From Akkermansiaceae bacterium (GTDB lineage Bacteria; Verrucomicrobiota; Verrucomicrobiia; Verrucomicrobiales; Akkermansiaceae), in assembly GCA_031382045.1 (NCBI GenBank), contig JANMYL010000118.1, positions 1 through 54,149 on the forward strand: 54,149 bases of DNA, written 5' to 3'. The notes beneath the pieces were generated by a model, which saw only the letters and a program-made list of their open reading frames with translations, was not told where the DNA came from and made no database searches. Positions 23,539-33,319 of this stretch are shown piece after piece; the first letter of the stretch is position 1, and every line of letters begins with the position of its first letter. The position numbers and the translations under genes were made by a program.

Positions 23539-23783
23539 ACCTGAAAAACATCATGAAGCCCGCGCCCTTGCCAGTGAAGAAACTGGGAATTTTCCCTCAA
23601 TGTAGGGTTGTGAGCTTCCCGCCGCATCGACAAAGCTCACATACCTGCGGTCGCAGCAGATTTTTGCGCTCTGGAGTGTGCGAAGCTCTGTCCGCGCATG
23701 ACGACTCTGAGGCTTGCATGGATGCGGGATTGCGCTTGATGCAAATTGTGCGAAGAGTCCCGGCTTTGTTAAATTTCAAGCGA

Positions 23784-24494
23784 ATGACAGCCTTTCTTTT
23801 CAGTTGTGACAATGCGACTTGCGCGGTGCCGGAGGCTTATCGGGAAATTTTCCGTGGGTCTGAGGATGCTTTAACCTCCTCCGAGGGCTGGGAGCCGGGG
23901 TCGCTGAATTTATCGCAGGGTTTCGCGATGAAATTCCGCACTCCCTTGGTTCATGGCGATGTGACGCGGTTGTTGATGGATTTCGCAAAGGACGGCGATG
24001 CACGCTGGAGTCGGTTTTCTCTTAATTTACCGGAGGCGACGCGGGCGAAAGTGGAAGATCGCCACGAGCGGCCCTATCGGGCAGTGTTGAACCAGCGGAT
24101 TGCCGAGGATTTGCGGCGGCACCCGGCTTTGTTGCATGTGATGATTCACACGAGTGCCGTGACAGACGGGATGGTGATGTTAGAGACGCCGGTCGGTGCG
24201 AAGCTGGCTGATCGGTTCGCGGCGGCGTGGCGCTCGCGGCTAGCGGCGGCGGATTTGGATGTGCGCCATGTGAGCGGGGTGGAGTCGAGTCCGCTGGCGG
24301 CGGCGCTGGCTGGGGCTTTTCCTGCGGAGCGATATGCGCAGGTCAGGCTCTCAGTATCCCAGACGTTTTTCTTGGAAGGGCGGCCGTGGCGTTGGGAGAC
24401 TTTGAAAAAACTTCTGCTGGATTCTCTCGTTTTAGTCGGAAACGAGATGATCGTGGTTAACGCCCCAGAATCCCCTTCGACTGCTCCATGCTGA
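23784..24494 (+). CDS. N-formylglutamate amidohydrolase-like protein, divergent
   Basis: FSCDNATCAVP, GWEPGS, VTRLLMD, HERPYR; start at ATG 23784. Confidence 0.7.
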   Translation: MTAFLFSCDNATCAVPEAYREIFRGSEDALTSSEGWEPGSLNLSQGFAMKFRTPLVHGDVTRLLMDFAKDGDARWSRFSLNLPEATRAKVEDRHERPYRAVLNQRIAEDLRRHPALLHVMIHTSAVTDGMVMLETPVGAKLADRFAAAWRSRLAAADLDVRHVSGVESSPLAAALAGAFPAERYAQVRLSVSQTFFLEGRPWRWETLKKLLLDSLVLVGNEMIVVNAPESPSTAPC

Positions 24495-25026
24495 GTTTGC
24501 GTTGCTCACGCCAATCGATGATTTCGGGTCGTTCGTATTCGTTGCGACGGTTTTCGATTTCTGTGTTGGAGCCCTTTTTGATCTGTCCGCCGCTCGCCTC
24601 GCGGGCGGCACCTGTGCCGTAGGCGTTGGTTTGATAGTTGGATGGGATTTTCGCGTTGGTGCCGGCCTCGCTGGCACCTTTTCCTTGGAGCCCAGAGGAT
24701 TTTTGGAAGCGGCTGCCATCGGTATTTCCCCCGTAGCTCTGGCGTCCGTAGTCCTTGTTTCCCCACCAAGAGTTTTTGTTGTAGTCGCCGGTCTTGTAGG
24801 CCTGTTTTTTGAAATCTCTCCCGGCCTCGTGTGTTTTGCCTTGGTTTTCGTAAGGGCTGCGGCGGTCGCTTTGGGCTTTCCAGTTGCCTTCAGAATCTTG
24901 CTTGTAGCCGTTGTCTTCAGTCATTCTTTGGCTGAACGTTTTACGGGCAGGAGCTGCGGATTTTTCTGGGCTGGAATCCGACGCGCATGATGCCAGTAGA
25001 AGCAATGGTAATAGTAGGATTTTCAC
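24457..25026 (-). CDS. Hypothetical lipoprotein
   Basis: Lipobox LLLASC; hydrophilic body; overlaps the upstream gene stop. Confidence 0.8.
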   Translation of the reverse strand: MKILLLPLLLLASCASDSSPEKSAAPARKTFSQRMTEDNGYKQDSEGNWKAQSDRRSPYENQGKTHEAGRDFKKQAYKTGDYNKNSWWGNKDYGRQSYGGNTDGSRFQKSSGLQGKGASEAGTNAKIPSNYQTNAYGTGAAREASGGQIKKGSNTEIENRRNEYERPEIIDWREQRKLSMEQSKGILGR

Positions 25027-27167
25027 GGCTGGGTGATGCGTTGTTCGAGTGCCGGGTCGGGAACCGCTCCGCGTTCGAGGGCTTGCTGGTAGTAATTCCT
25101 CGCTTCGTCGAGGCGCTCGTCTCGCGAGCAGAGGAGTGCGAGATTGTAGTAAGGCTCGCTGGGGATAGGGTCGGCAGAAATTGCGGCTTTGTAGTGTGAC
25201 TCGGCCTCACTCTTGCGTCCTAAGCGGTTGTGGATGATGCCGAGCAGCAACTGGCTTTTTGTATCAGCCGGCGAGAGCTCGATGGCTTGACTGACGTTTT
25301 GCTCGGCGGCGGCAAGGTTACCAAGCGACATGAAAGATAAGCCGAGCATCCGGTAGGCGTAGGGGTTGTTAGCATCGAGCTCGACGGCGCGGCGAAATGT
25401 CTCGACGGCGGCGGCGGGATCTTTGAGACGCAGATTGACAACTCCCAGCTTGCATAGCGAGGGGATGTGGCCGGGGTGTTGCTCGACGATCATTTGAAAG
25501 AGTTCGCGGGTGGGCAGGTAGCGGCCTGCGGCAAAGGATTTCTCGGCAGTGCGCTCGAAGACGGTGATGTCGCGGTTTAGCTCGGCGGTGTTGCGACCGA
25601 CGGTGGCGCGGTCTTGGGCGAAGGGGGAAATGAATTCACCATCGACCTGTTTGTCTGCGATGAGCCGTTGCTCGTCCGGAGAAAGCTCGATTTCTTGGCC
25701 GTCAAAAAGTTTGGCGGCTTCTGCGATGCGCTCGTCGTTGGCGCCCATTTCTTTGACGGCCTCGATGAGGAGATCACGCGACTGACGGCGGTGCTCTTGG
25801 ACGCGGAGCTGGCGTTTGATGATGTCTCGCAGGATTGCGACTTCTTCCGGGTTGGCGGTGACTTCGCCCTTTGCGAGCGCGGTTTCCTCGTCATGCAGGC
25901 GGCTTTCCAAATCGGCGAGGCGGGCGTCTTGTCCGTGTTTTTCCTGATGAAGTTTGTTAATTTGGGATTTCGCGATGGCGAGGTCACGGAGGGCGTCCGT
26001 GATGTCGTCTTTGGCGCTGTTATTGTCTAGATTGAGTCGTTCGACTTTTTCATTGGCCTCGCGGAGATTTTTGGCGAGCCCCATGTTTTGTTGGACGAGG
26101 TCTTGGATGCGACCGTCTTCGTTGAGTTTGAGAAGGGCACTCATTTGGGCGCGTTCTTGGAGTAGGGAATCGCGCTCTGTCTGGAGTAAGGCGTATGCGT
26201 CGCTGCTCTCCTGCAGCTCGCTGATCAGACTGAAGATGCGCTTGTTAGCATTGCTCAGCTCGGTGCTTTTTTGGGCAAGTTCCTTCTCGAGTGCTCTGAG
26301 TTGTGACCGTTGGCCGGTGACAACGGAGTTGGCGATGTCTCGCTCAGATTTGAGGTCGCGGTCGAGATCGGAGTGTTTTTGGCGCATCACCTTGAGGTCC
26401 GCCTCGAGGATTAAGTTGCGGGCGAGCGCCTCAGTGTGGGAGCTGCGGCTTTGGCCGAGCGCCATTCTCATCGCTTCGCGCTCTTGCTCGAGTCCCGCGA
26501 TGCGCTGGTTGAGCGACTTCATTTCGTTTTCAACAGGCTTGGACGCCAGCTGGGCGCGGAGCGATTGGGCGGTGGCTTCCGCTGCTTTGAGTTGGGATTG
26601 GGTGTTAGACAGTGCCGTCTTTGCGTCTCTATTGCCATTGGTGACTTCTCGGAGGCGTCTGACCTCGGCCTCGGCTTCGGCAAGGCGTCGGGTGGCGAGT
26701 GGGTTCACTTCGAGAATGCTGGGAGTGAGTGGTATTACGCTGTCAGCGGGGTCAGTCAGAGTGCCAGAGTTTTTGACCCCGCCTTCGAGTTCGGCCACGG
26801 CGTTTTGGTTTTTTTGGCGTTGCTCGGCGGCTTTCGGGGCGATTTTAGCGATGGCTTCGGCGTTTTGAGAAGTGCGACCGGTGACCATTTCCGGCTTCCA
26901 TGCAGGATAATAACGTCTGATGGCTTCTAGCAGGGTGCGGGCTTTCTCGAGTTTGTCAGCGGCGGATACGAAATCGCCGTTAGTTTCAAGTTGTTCAGCA
27001 GCGCGAATTTCGAGGTAAACTCGTAAATAAACATCGGATGGATCAAATTGCGCAGGCTGGATCGGTGCCGGGGCTTGGGCGAGTGAGAGCGCGGTCATCA
27101 GCAATAAAACTGAACTGGTCAGTTGGGCTGCGGGTGAGCGCAAGTGGGTTGCAATCCTGGCGAACAT
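25023..27167 (-). CDS. Secreted coiled-coil protein with C-terminal TPR repeats
   Basis: Signal peptide, long heptad region, TPR-like units (AVETFRRAVELDANNPYAY...). Confidence 0.85.
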   Translation of the reverse strand: MFARIATHLRSPAAQLTSSVLLLMTALSLAQAPAPIQPAQFDPSDVYLRVYLEIRAAEQLETNGDFVSAADKLEKARTLLEAIRRYYPAWKPEMVTGRTSQNAEAIAKIAPKAAEQRQKNQNAVAELEGGVKNSGTLTDPADSVIPLTPSILEVNPLATRRLAEAEAEVRRLREVTNGNRDAKTALSNTQSQLKAAEATAQSLRAQLASKPVENEMKSLNQRIAGLEQEREAMRMALGQSRSSHTEALARNLILEADLKVMRQKHSDLDRDLKSERDIANSVVTGQRSQLRALEKELAQKSTELSNANKRIFSLISELQESSDAYALLQTERDSLLQERAQMSALLKLNEDGRIQDLVQQNMGLAKNLREANEKVERLNLDNNSAKDDITDALRDLAIAKSQINKLHQEKHGQDARLADLESRLHDEETALAKGEVTANPEEVAILRDIIKRQLRVQEHRRQSRDLLIEAVKEMGANDERIAEAAKLFDGQEIELSPDEQRLIADKQVDGEFISPFAQDRATVGRNTAELNRDITVFERTAEKSFAAGRYLPTRELFQMIVEQHPGHIPSLCKLGVVNLRLKDPAAAVETFRRAVELDANNPYAYRMLGLSFMSLGNLAAAEQNVSQAIELSPADTKSQLLLGIIHNRLGRKSEAESHYKAAISADPIPSEPYYNLALLCSRDERLDEARNYYQQALERGAVPDPALEQRITQP

Positions 27168-27313
27168 TGAAAATGCAATCTAGAGATGAGACGGCGGCGG
27201 GGCAAGCGGGATTACCGGGCGTCGTACGCGGTTTTTTAGCAGTTCTCGTGCGCTGTATAGGTTTCATGAAGTCCCAGCGTATTGCGCGCAGCGTCGTCTG
27301 CGGAGATGCCCGC

Positions 27314-27341
27314 TTGACAGGCCTTTGTTTTTGGCCATTCT
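27314..27341 (+). promoter_or_regulatory. Putative rpmE2 promoter
   Basis: TTGACA-16 nt-CATTCT. Confidence 0.45.
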
Positions 27342-27384
27342 CCGCGCCCCGTCGCGTCGGTAACGTGGTGGAAACTCGATTCCC

Positions 27385-27654
27385 ATGAAAAAAGATCTGC
27401 ATCCGAAATACAATCCGGTCGTCTTCGTAGACATGACCACCGGCAAGCGCTTCATCAGCCGCTCGACCAAGACCTCCGAGAAAAAGGAAGTCATCGATGG
27501 CGTGGAACACAGCCTGATCTCGATCGGCATCACCTCTGATTCACATCCATTCTTCACCGGACTGGCTCAATTTGTGGATACCGAAGGCCGCATCGATAAA
27601 TTCCAAAAACGCTTTGGCGCCGTTCGCCGCGTCGGGAAGCCGAAACTCGACTGA
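27385..27654 (+). CDS. rpmE2: 50S ribosomal protein L31 type B (no zinc-binding cysteines)
   Basis: MKKDLHPKYNPVVFVD...SDSHPFFTG...DTEGRIDKF. Confidence 0.95.
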   Translation: MKKDLHPKYNPVVFVDMTTGKRFISRSTKTSEKKEVIDGVEHSLISIGITSDSHPFFTGLAQFVDTEGRIDKFQKRFGAVRRVGKPKLD

Positions 27655-27680
27655 TTCAGTCCATTTTCCCGAATTTCTCC

Positions 27681-27722
27681 AAAACGCCTGGTCGCTTCGC
27701 TGCAACCGGGCGTTTTGTTTTA
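27681..27722 (+). terminator. Rho-independent terminator after rpmE2
   Basis: AAAACGCCTGGT...ACCGGGCGTTTT hairpin followed by T-rich tail. Confidence 0.7.
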
Positions 27723-27822
27723 ATGTGCCGAGGAATTTTTTATTAGGAAATTAGATTTCATTGGCGGTGGAGGTTGTCATATCAACAGTTCGAGAGGTGT
27801 TTTCCCGCCTGTCCCCATATTC

Positions 27823-28293
27823 ATGAAAAATCCGCTCATTGTTCTAATTTTTGCCTTGTTCACCGCGCTTCCCGCCGTCGCAAAAGAAGACGCTCCAAGA
27901 GGTTTTGTGCCCCTGACTGAGATTAAGAGTGCCCAAGCAGAAGCCACCTCCGGCAAGAAGCTTTTGGTGCTCGTTGTCCAAGGAATGAACGATCAATGCC
28001 CCAATTGTGCCGCAGCTCTTGAAAACGGCCTCAGGGCAGTGGGTTCGGGAGTCGTCAAGGTTTATGCTCGCGCTGAAACCATTGCGCACGGAGATAAATC
28101 TAACTTCCCGCCTGTAATGCAAGAGCGAGTGAAACAAAACTTCTCGACGGGAGCCTCTGTAACTTTCGTCGTATTTGATCCTGAAATGACGAAAATCGTT
28201 GCCGAGGCGGATCGCAGCCAGCTCCAAAACGACAAAAAAGCAATCGCGGCCTTCAAGACGTCGGTCCAGGATGCTAAGAAGGCTCTGAAGTAA
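27823..28293 (+). CDS. Secreted thioredoxin-fold-like protein
   Basis: Signal peptide; [15 protein letters not shown]...CPNC. Confidence 0.7.
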   Translation: MKNPLIVLIFALFTALPAVAKEDAPRGFVPLTEIKSAQAEATSGKKLLVLVVQGMNDQCPNCAAALENGLRAVGSGVVKVYARAETIAHGDKSNFPPVMQERVKQNFSTGASVTFVVFDPEMTKIVAEADRSQLQNDKKAIAAFKTSVQDAKKALK

Positions 28294-28343
28294 ATGCGCT
28301 CCTTGTGCTTGGCGGCGCTCCTATTTGCCGCTTTGCTGCCAGC

Positions 28344-29111
28344 GTGCTCGCTAAACGAATCATTCCTTGTCTTGATGTGACCGCCGGTCGCGTCGTTAAA
28401 GGTGTCAACTTTGTTGATCTTATCGATGCTGGTGATCCAGTGGAATGCGCGATTGCGTATAACTTGCAGCAGGCCGACGAGCTTGTCTTTCTCGACATCA
28501 CTGCCTCATCTGACAATCGCAACACGATGGTCGATGTGGTGCGCCGCACGGCCGAAAAATGCTTTATTCCGCTCACTGTCGGCGGTGGCATCCGCACGGT
28601 GGAAAACATGCGTGAAATGTTGCTAGCAGGTGCTGACAAGGTTGGCATTAACACCTCGGCGGTGCTCAATCCCAGTCTTGTCGATGCCGGGGCTAAAGCT
28701 TTCGGAAGCCAGTGTATCGTCGTCGCCATCGACGCGAAGCGCGAAGGACCGGGGAGATGGGGTGTTTACACGCATGGTGGCCGCACGCCCGTGGGGATTG
28801 ACGTAGCCGAGTGGGCCAAGGAAATCTGGCGGCGTGGAGCAGGGGAGATTCTCCTAACCAGTATGGACTCAGACGGCACGCAGGCTGGCTACGACATCGA
28901 GCTAACCGCCGCAGTTTCCGCCGCCGTCGGTATTCCCGTGATTGCTAGCGGTGGCGCGGGGAACCTGGATCACATGGTGGATGTGCTCAATGCTGGCAAA
29001 GCAGACGCAGTTCTAGCAGCTAGTATTTTCCACTTTGGTATGCACACGGTGGGCGAGGCGAAGCGTCATTTTGCCGGGCACGGTGTGCCGGTTAGGCCGA
29101 TGGTTTCGTAA
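28344..29111 (+). CDS. hisF: Imidazole glycerol phosphate synthase cyclase subunit
   Basis: [41 protein letters not shown]; GTG start. Confidence 0.97.
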   Translation: MLAKRIIPCLDVTAGRVVKGVNFVDLIDAGDPVECAIAYNLQQADELVFLDITASSDNRNTMVDVVRRTAEKCFIPLTVGGGIRTVENMREMLLAGADKVGINTSAVLNPSLVDAGAKAFGSQCIVVAIDAKREGPGRWGVYTHGGRTPVGIDVAEWAKEIWRRGAGEILLTSMDSDGTQAGYDIELTAAVSAAVGIPVIASGGAGNLDHMVDVLNAGKADAVLAASIFHFGMHTVGEAKRHFAGHGVPVRPMVS

Positions 29112-29393
29112 TGTCGTTTAGGCATTTTTGGCTGGATCTCACGAATTGATGCAGGAGCGCCTCGATAAAATTGGATAGATATGGTAAAGGACTCGATGCA
29201 GTAAGTTTCGAGGTTTTTTGCGCAATCCCTCTTAGGATTCGTGAAAAGGGATCAGAGCTCCGCACTGCATAGAGAGGAGTTTCCATCTCTCGCAGGTGGC
29301 TGCTGAGGGTAATTGAATCCGGGTAGTGATCCAAAAATGGATGGAAATGTCCGTTGCCAGTCGGAGCTTGGCCGTTCAAAGATGCTGCTGCCG

Positions 29394-30251
29394 ATGGCTG
29401 AAACGACTCCCGCAGTTGAAATCAAAGATCTTGTGAAAGACTTTAAGACCTCATTCCGCAAGCAATTGCTGCGGGCGGTGGATGGCGTTTCGATCCGGAT
29501 TATGCCAGGGGAGGTTTACGGCTTGATCGGCCCGAATGGCTCCGGAAAATCAACGACAATGAAAGCGCTCCTCGGTTTGGTCGCTCCTACATCGGGGCAT
29601 TGCACGATTTTCGGCAAGGATTCGCTGAAAGTGGATTCACGAAACGACGTGGGTTTTTTGCCAGAGAATCCTTATTTTTACAAGCATCTGAGCGGCGCGG
29701 AGACTCTGCGGTTCTACGGTAAGCTCTGCGGCTTAAAAGGTAAGGTTTTTGAAGGGCGTGTTGGGGAGTTGCTCGCGCTGGTGGATCTGGAAGGGGCACG
29801 TGACCGGCGGATCGGTGGTTATTCGAAGGGGATGCTGCAGAGGATCGGGCTGGCACAGGCGCTGGTGCAGGAGCCGCGGTTGGTGATTTTGGACGAACCC
29901 ACGGCGGGCGTCGATCCAGTGGGATCACGGCAGATTCGGGATTTGATTTTGAAGCTGCGGGAGCGGGGAATCACGGTTTTTCTGTGCTCGCATCTACTGG
30001 AACAAGTGCAGGAAGTTTGCGACCACGTCGGGATTATTTGCAAAGGTAAGATGGTGAAAGAGGGTCGGCTGGAGGATTTGATTTCCATCGAAGATCAGAC
30101 TGAAATTGTGCTGAAGGACGCGAGCCCGGAGCTGATTTCCCAGATCAATGCGCTGGCCAATGCTGCGGGTGCCTCGCTGGTGCGGGTCGGCAAGCCGCGC
30201 ACAACGCTGGAGCGGCTTTTCCTCCGCGAAACAACCCATGGAGAAGATTGA
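29394..30251 (+). CDS. ABC transporter ATP-binding protein
   Basis: GPNGSGKST, YSKGMLQR, ILDEPT. Confidence 0.93.
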   Translation: MAETTPAVEIKDLVKDFKTSFRKQLLRAVDGVSIRIMPGEVYGLIGPNGSGKSTTMKALLGLVAPTSGHCTIFGKDSLKVDSRNDVGFLPENPYFYKHLSGAETLRFYGKLCGLKGKVFEGRVGELLALVDLEGARDRRIGGYSKGMLQRIGLAQALVQEPRLVILDEPTAGVDPVGSRQIRDLILKLRERGITVFLCSHLLEQVQEVCDHVGIICKGKMVKEGRLEDLISIEDQTEIVLKDASPELISQINALANAAGASLVRVGKPRTTLERLFLRETTHGED

Positions 30252-31174
30252 TGAGGAATATGACTGTAATTTCACGGGGCTCGCATGTGAGCCGCATTTG
30301 GGTGATCGCGCGCCACGCCTTCACCCAACTGGTGCGGATGAAAGTGTTCTATTTCCTCGCGGTGTTCGCGGTGATCGCTATCGGGAGCAACTTCTTCAAT
30401 CTTCCGCAGCACGAGGGCCCGGAATCCGTGGGCGTGAATGTGCTGCGCTCGATTAAAAGTTGGTCTCTGGGAACGATGACTTTGTTTTCGGTGGTGCTCT
30501 CCATCGTCGCCACCGCACTGCTGCTGCCGAAGGATGTGGAGGACCGGACGCTTTACACGATTCTCGCTAAGCCTGTGCCGCGCATCGATTATCTAGCTGG
30601 AAAACTGCTCGGCGTGCTGCTGCTCGTTTTCGTCTCGCTAGCGTTGATGGATGTGCTGATGACGGCGGTGTTGCAAATCCGTGTATCGATGGTGATGGCG
30701 CAACAGCTCGAAATGGCACAGGCGCTCGGCTGGCCGCAGGAGACGATCGACTCACTGCAAGTGGAAACGCTGGCACAAGGGCCGAGCTGGTCGCTGCAAG
30801 GCGCGGTTTTAGCGGTGTTTCTGCGGGCGTCGATCATGGCCTCACTGGCGTTGCTTATCTCGACGTTTTCGACGAGCACGCTGTTCACCACCATTATCAG
30901 TTTTTTGATTTATTTTATCGGTCATTTCCAAGCGGATGCGCGGGAAGTCTATCTCCAGGCTGGTCAAGCAGGTGAGGGCATATTTGCGCGATTTGCCTCA
31001 TTGGCGGTTTCTTTGGTTTTGCCAGATTTTCAAAGTTTCAACGTCATCGACGCTGTCATCGAGGGCCAAGCGATGCCGCTGCTCATTCTCGGGAAATTGA
31101 CCTTGATCGGCTTGTATTACGCGGTGTTTTTCACCTTTGCATCGTGGTTCATTTTTGCAGAAAAGGAATTCTAA
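30251..31174 (+). CDS. ABC transporter permease
   Basis: DVEDRTLYTILAKPVPR..YLAGKLLG, multiple TM helices, FAEKEF end. Confidence 0.88.
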   Translation: MRNMTVISRGSHVSRIWVIARHAFTQLVRMKVFYFLAVFAVIAIGSNFFNLPQHEGPESVGVNVLRSIKSWSLGTMTLFSVVLSIVATALLLPKDVEDRTLYTILAKPVPRIDYLAGKLLGVLLLVFVSLALMDVLMTAVLQIRVSMVMAQQLEMAQALGWPQETIDSLQVETLAQGPSWSLQGAVLAVFLRASIMASLALLISTFSTSTLFTTIISFLIYFIGHFQADAREVYLQAGQAGEGIFARFASLAVSLVLPDFQSFNVIDAVIEGQAMPLLILGKLTLIGLYYAVFFTFASWFIFAEKEF

Positions 31175-31178
31175 TCCT

Positions 31179-32156
31179 GTGAAAAGCTGGCAACGAAACG
31201 GTATTCTAACGGTGGCGCTGCTGGTGTTTGGCGGCGCGCGCCTGCCCTTCGAGGCCGGTCTCGCCACAGAACTCCGTGATGCGGGATTGACGCCGCCGCC
31301 GATGGAAATCGGCACGCGCGACAGGATTGGGCAAACCAGCTCGGCCGTCGCGCTCGGTGGATTGCGGACATTGGTGGCGACTTTCCTGAACTTGCGGGCG
31401 TTCTCGTTTTTCCAAGAACAACGTTGGGACGACGTGGCAGACACGTATGACACGATCGTCGATCTGGCACCGCGGACGCGTTACTACTGGGAGAGCGGTT
31501 CGTGGCACTCCGCCTACAACGCGGCGTCTTACTACATGAATGATTCTAAGCTGCCCGCGCTGAGGCGGCGGGAGGCCTGGCGAGCGTCGATTCTCAAAGG
31601 CCGGGCCTTTCTGGAGCGTGGAATCCGCAATAATCCTACGGACTGGAGTATCTTGGCCAAACTCGGTTTCCTACTCTCCGACTCCAACAAGCTTGCCGCT
31701 TTCCGGGATGCTAGCGATACATACGCTGCTGCAGCGGACGCTTACCGCCGCTCCGCAGATACCGGCGATGCGCTGCCCTATGTCCGCCGCGCCGAGTTCT
31801 ACTCGCTGGCCCGCGTGGCGGGGAGAGAAGGGGAGGCGCTGGCCATGGCGCGCTCGCTTTACGCATCTGGCCGGAACAGCACCCCGACGTTGCTCATTCT
31901 GCTGCTGGTTTTAGAAACTCACGAAAACCCGTCCATGGATAGCGCTAAGCGGGCGGTGGAATTGTTTGTAACTCCAGAAAAAGCCTATGAGGCGTTGAGC
32001 GGCCATTGGCAGCGCACCCGTGATCGCTTCCCGGTTTATGGAATTGCCGCCGCGCTAAAGTCTCTAGAAAAAACGTTGGCCGTGCCGGAGGGGAAAAGTA
32101 TTTTCAATCAACCTCTTCAGAGTAATTCTGGGGCACACGACTGGTTTCAAAAATAG
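31179..32156 (+). CDS. Hypothetical helical/TPR-like membrane-anchored protein of the ABC operon
   Basis: ALGGLRTLVA, WHSAYN, FLERGIRNNP; GTG start. Confidence 0.75.
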   Translation: MKSWQRNGILTVALLVFGGARLPFEAGLATELRDAGLTPPPMEIGTRDRIGQTSSAVALGGLRTLVATFLNLRAFSFFQEQRWDDVADTYDTIVDLAPRTRYYWESGSWHSAYNAASYYMNDSKLPALRRREAWRASILKGRAFLERGIRNNPTDWSILAKLGFLLSDSNKLAAFRDASDTYAAAADAYRRSADTGDALPYVRRAEFYSLARVAGREGEALAMARSLYASGRNSTPTLLILLLVLETHENPSMDSAKRAVELFVTPEKAYEALSGHWQRTRDRFPVYGIAAALKSLEKTLAVPEGKSIFNQPLQSNSGAHDWFQK

Positions 32157-32225
32157 CCTTTCGGGTTTCCTCTCGACAGATCGCACCCAGTCCGCAAAGT
32201 CCCTCTCCATTCTTCGACTACCTCT

Positions 32226-32948
32226 ATGCGGATCGCTATATTCGGTGACATTCATGCCAATTTGGAAGCTCTTGAAGCCGTCCTCAGGGACGCTTCTGAA
32301 CAAGGCGTATCTGATTACGTCTGTATGGGAGATATCGTCGGTTACAACGCAGATCCCTCTGCTTGCCTCGAAATCGTGCGGGCGATGAATTGTCCCACCG
32401 TGAAGGGAAATCACGACGAGGACACATCGGGAAACCACTCGCTCGACAGCATGAATCCGGTGGCCGCAGTCGCTTTAGAATGGACCCGTCAACAACTCAC
32501 CGACGAGCAACGCCAGTGGCTCGCGCGGCTCCGAATGGTCCGCCAGGTGTCTGACTTTACTGTCGTGCACAGCACACTCGACCAACCGGCGAACTGGAAC
32601 TATGTGACGAATCGCTTCGATGCGATGTCTAATTTCTCCTACCAGTTCACCCAAATCTGCTTCCACGGTCACACCCATGTGCCGCGGATGTATATGAAAA
32701 CCGACAAGGTCCAGGAAATCTTCACGGATTCGATTGTAATCGAGGACGGGGCAAAATATTTTATCAACGTCGGATCCGTTGGTCAGCCGCGAGACGGGGA
32801 TTGGCGGGCTTGTTATGCGATTTTTGATCTAGTGCACCGGGTGGTTGTTTTTCGCCGCGTCGAGTATGACATCGCCGAAACGCAACGGAAAATCCTCGCT
32901 GCCGGCCTACCGCCGATGCTGGCGGAGCGGATTCAGGAAGGACGCTAA
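32226..32948 (+). CDS. Metallophosphoesterase family protein
   Basis: GDIHAN, GDIVGY, GNHD, GHTH, NVGSVGQPRDGD. Confidence 0.95.
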   Translation: MRIAIFGDIHANLEALEAVLRDASEQGVSDYVCMGDIVGYNADPSACLEIVRAMNCPTVKGNHDEDTSGNHSLDSMNPVAAVALEWTRQQLTDEQRQWLARLRMVRQVSDFTVVHSTLDQPANWNYVTNRFDAMSNFSYQFTQICFHGHTHVPRMYMKTDKVQEIFTDSIVIEDGAKYFINVGSVGQPRDGDWRACYAIFDLVHRVVVFRRVEYDIAETQRKILAAGLPPMLAERIQEGR

Positions 32949-33257
32949 TTTTTTCCAGCTTGCTGTCGCCCGAGGTGATTCCTTGGTCAAAAGGTTTACG
33001 GCTTGTGGTTAGCTTGGGTTAAGCCGGCAGACTGAGGTTGCATAATTTTAGACTAAGTCTTGCGATGTTTTTCCTCCATTTAGCGGTCTCCTTGTTGGCG
33101 AGTGCCATCCCAAGAAGCTTGCCGGAGCTGCGTAGAGAAGATCATTGACGTACGCTGCCGCGAACACTGTGAGTAATATTTCTTCGTGCTCTAGTAAGGC
33201 CTGCGGGTGCTCAAATGACTTCGTGACGTAAAAATTTAAATCGTTACTGGTTTGCGC

Positions 33258-33275
33258 TTGCAATTTTGTTGCGTT
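33258..33275 (+). promoter_or_regulatory. Putative Zur-type operator upstream of the TonB receptor
   Basis: TTGCA-ATTTTG-TTGCGTT; the same motif precedes the convergent operon. Confidence 0.6.
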
Positions 33276-33319
33276 ATTAGATAGCGTGTGTCGCTCATCG
33301 CCAACACACAGAACATGAA

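Noticed and set aside
27385-27654. rpmE2 as part of the zinc regulon
   Set aside because: It lacks cysteines, but I saw no TTGCA-N6-TTGCG motif upstream; it may simply be the housekeeping L31.
32950-33319. Cobalamin riboswitch / B12 role for the CobW-like genes
   Set aside because: Only a loose CTGCCGCGAACACTGT resemblance; the other conserved boxes are absent and there are no cob genes.
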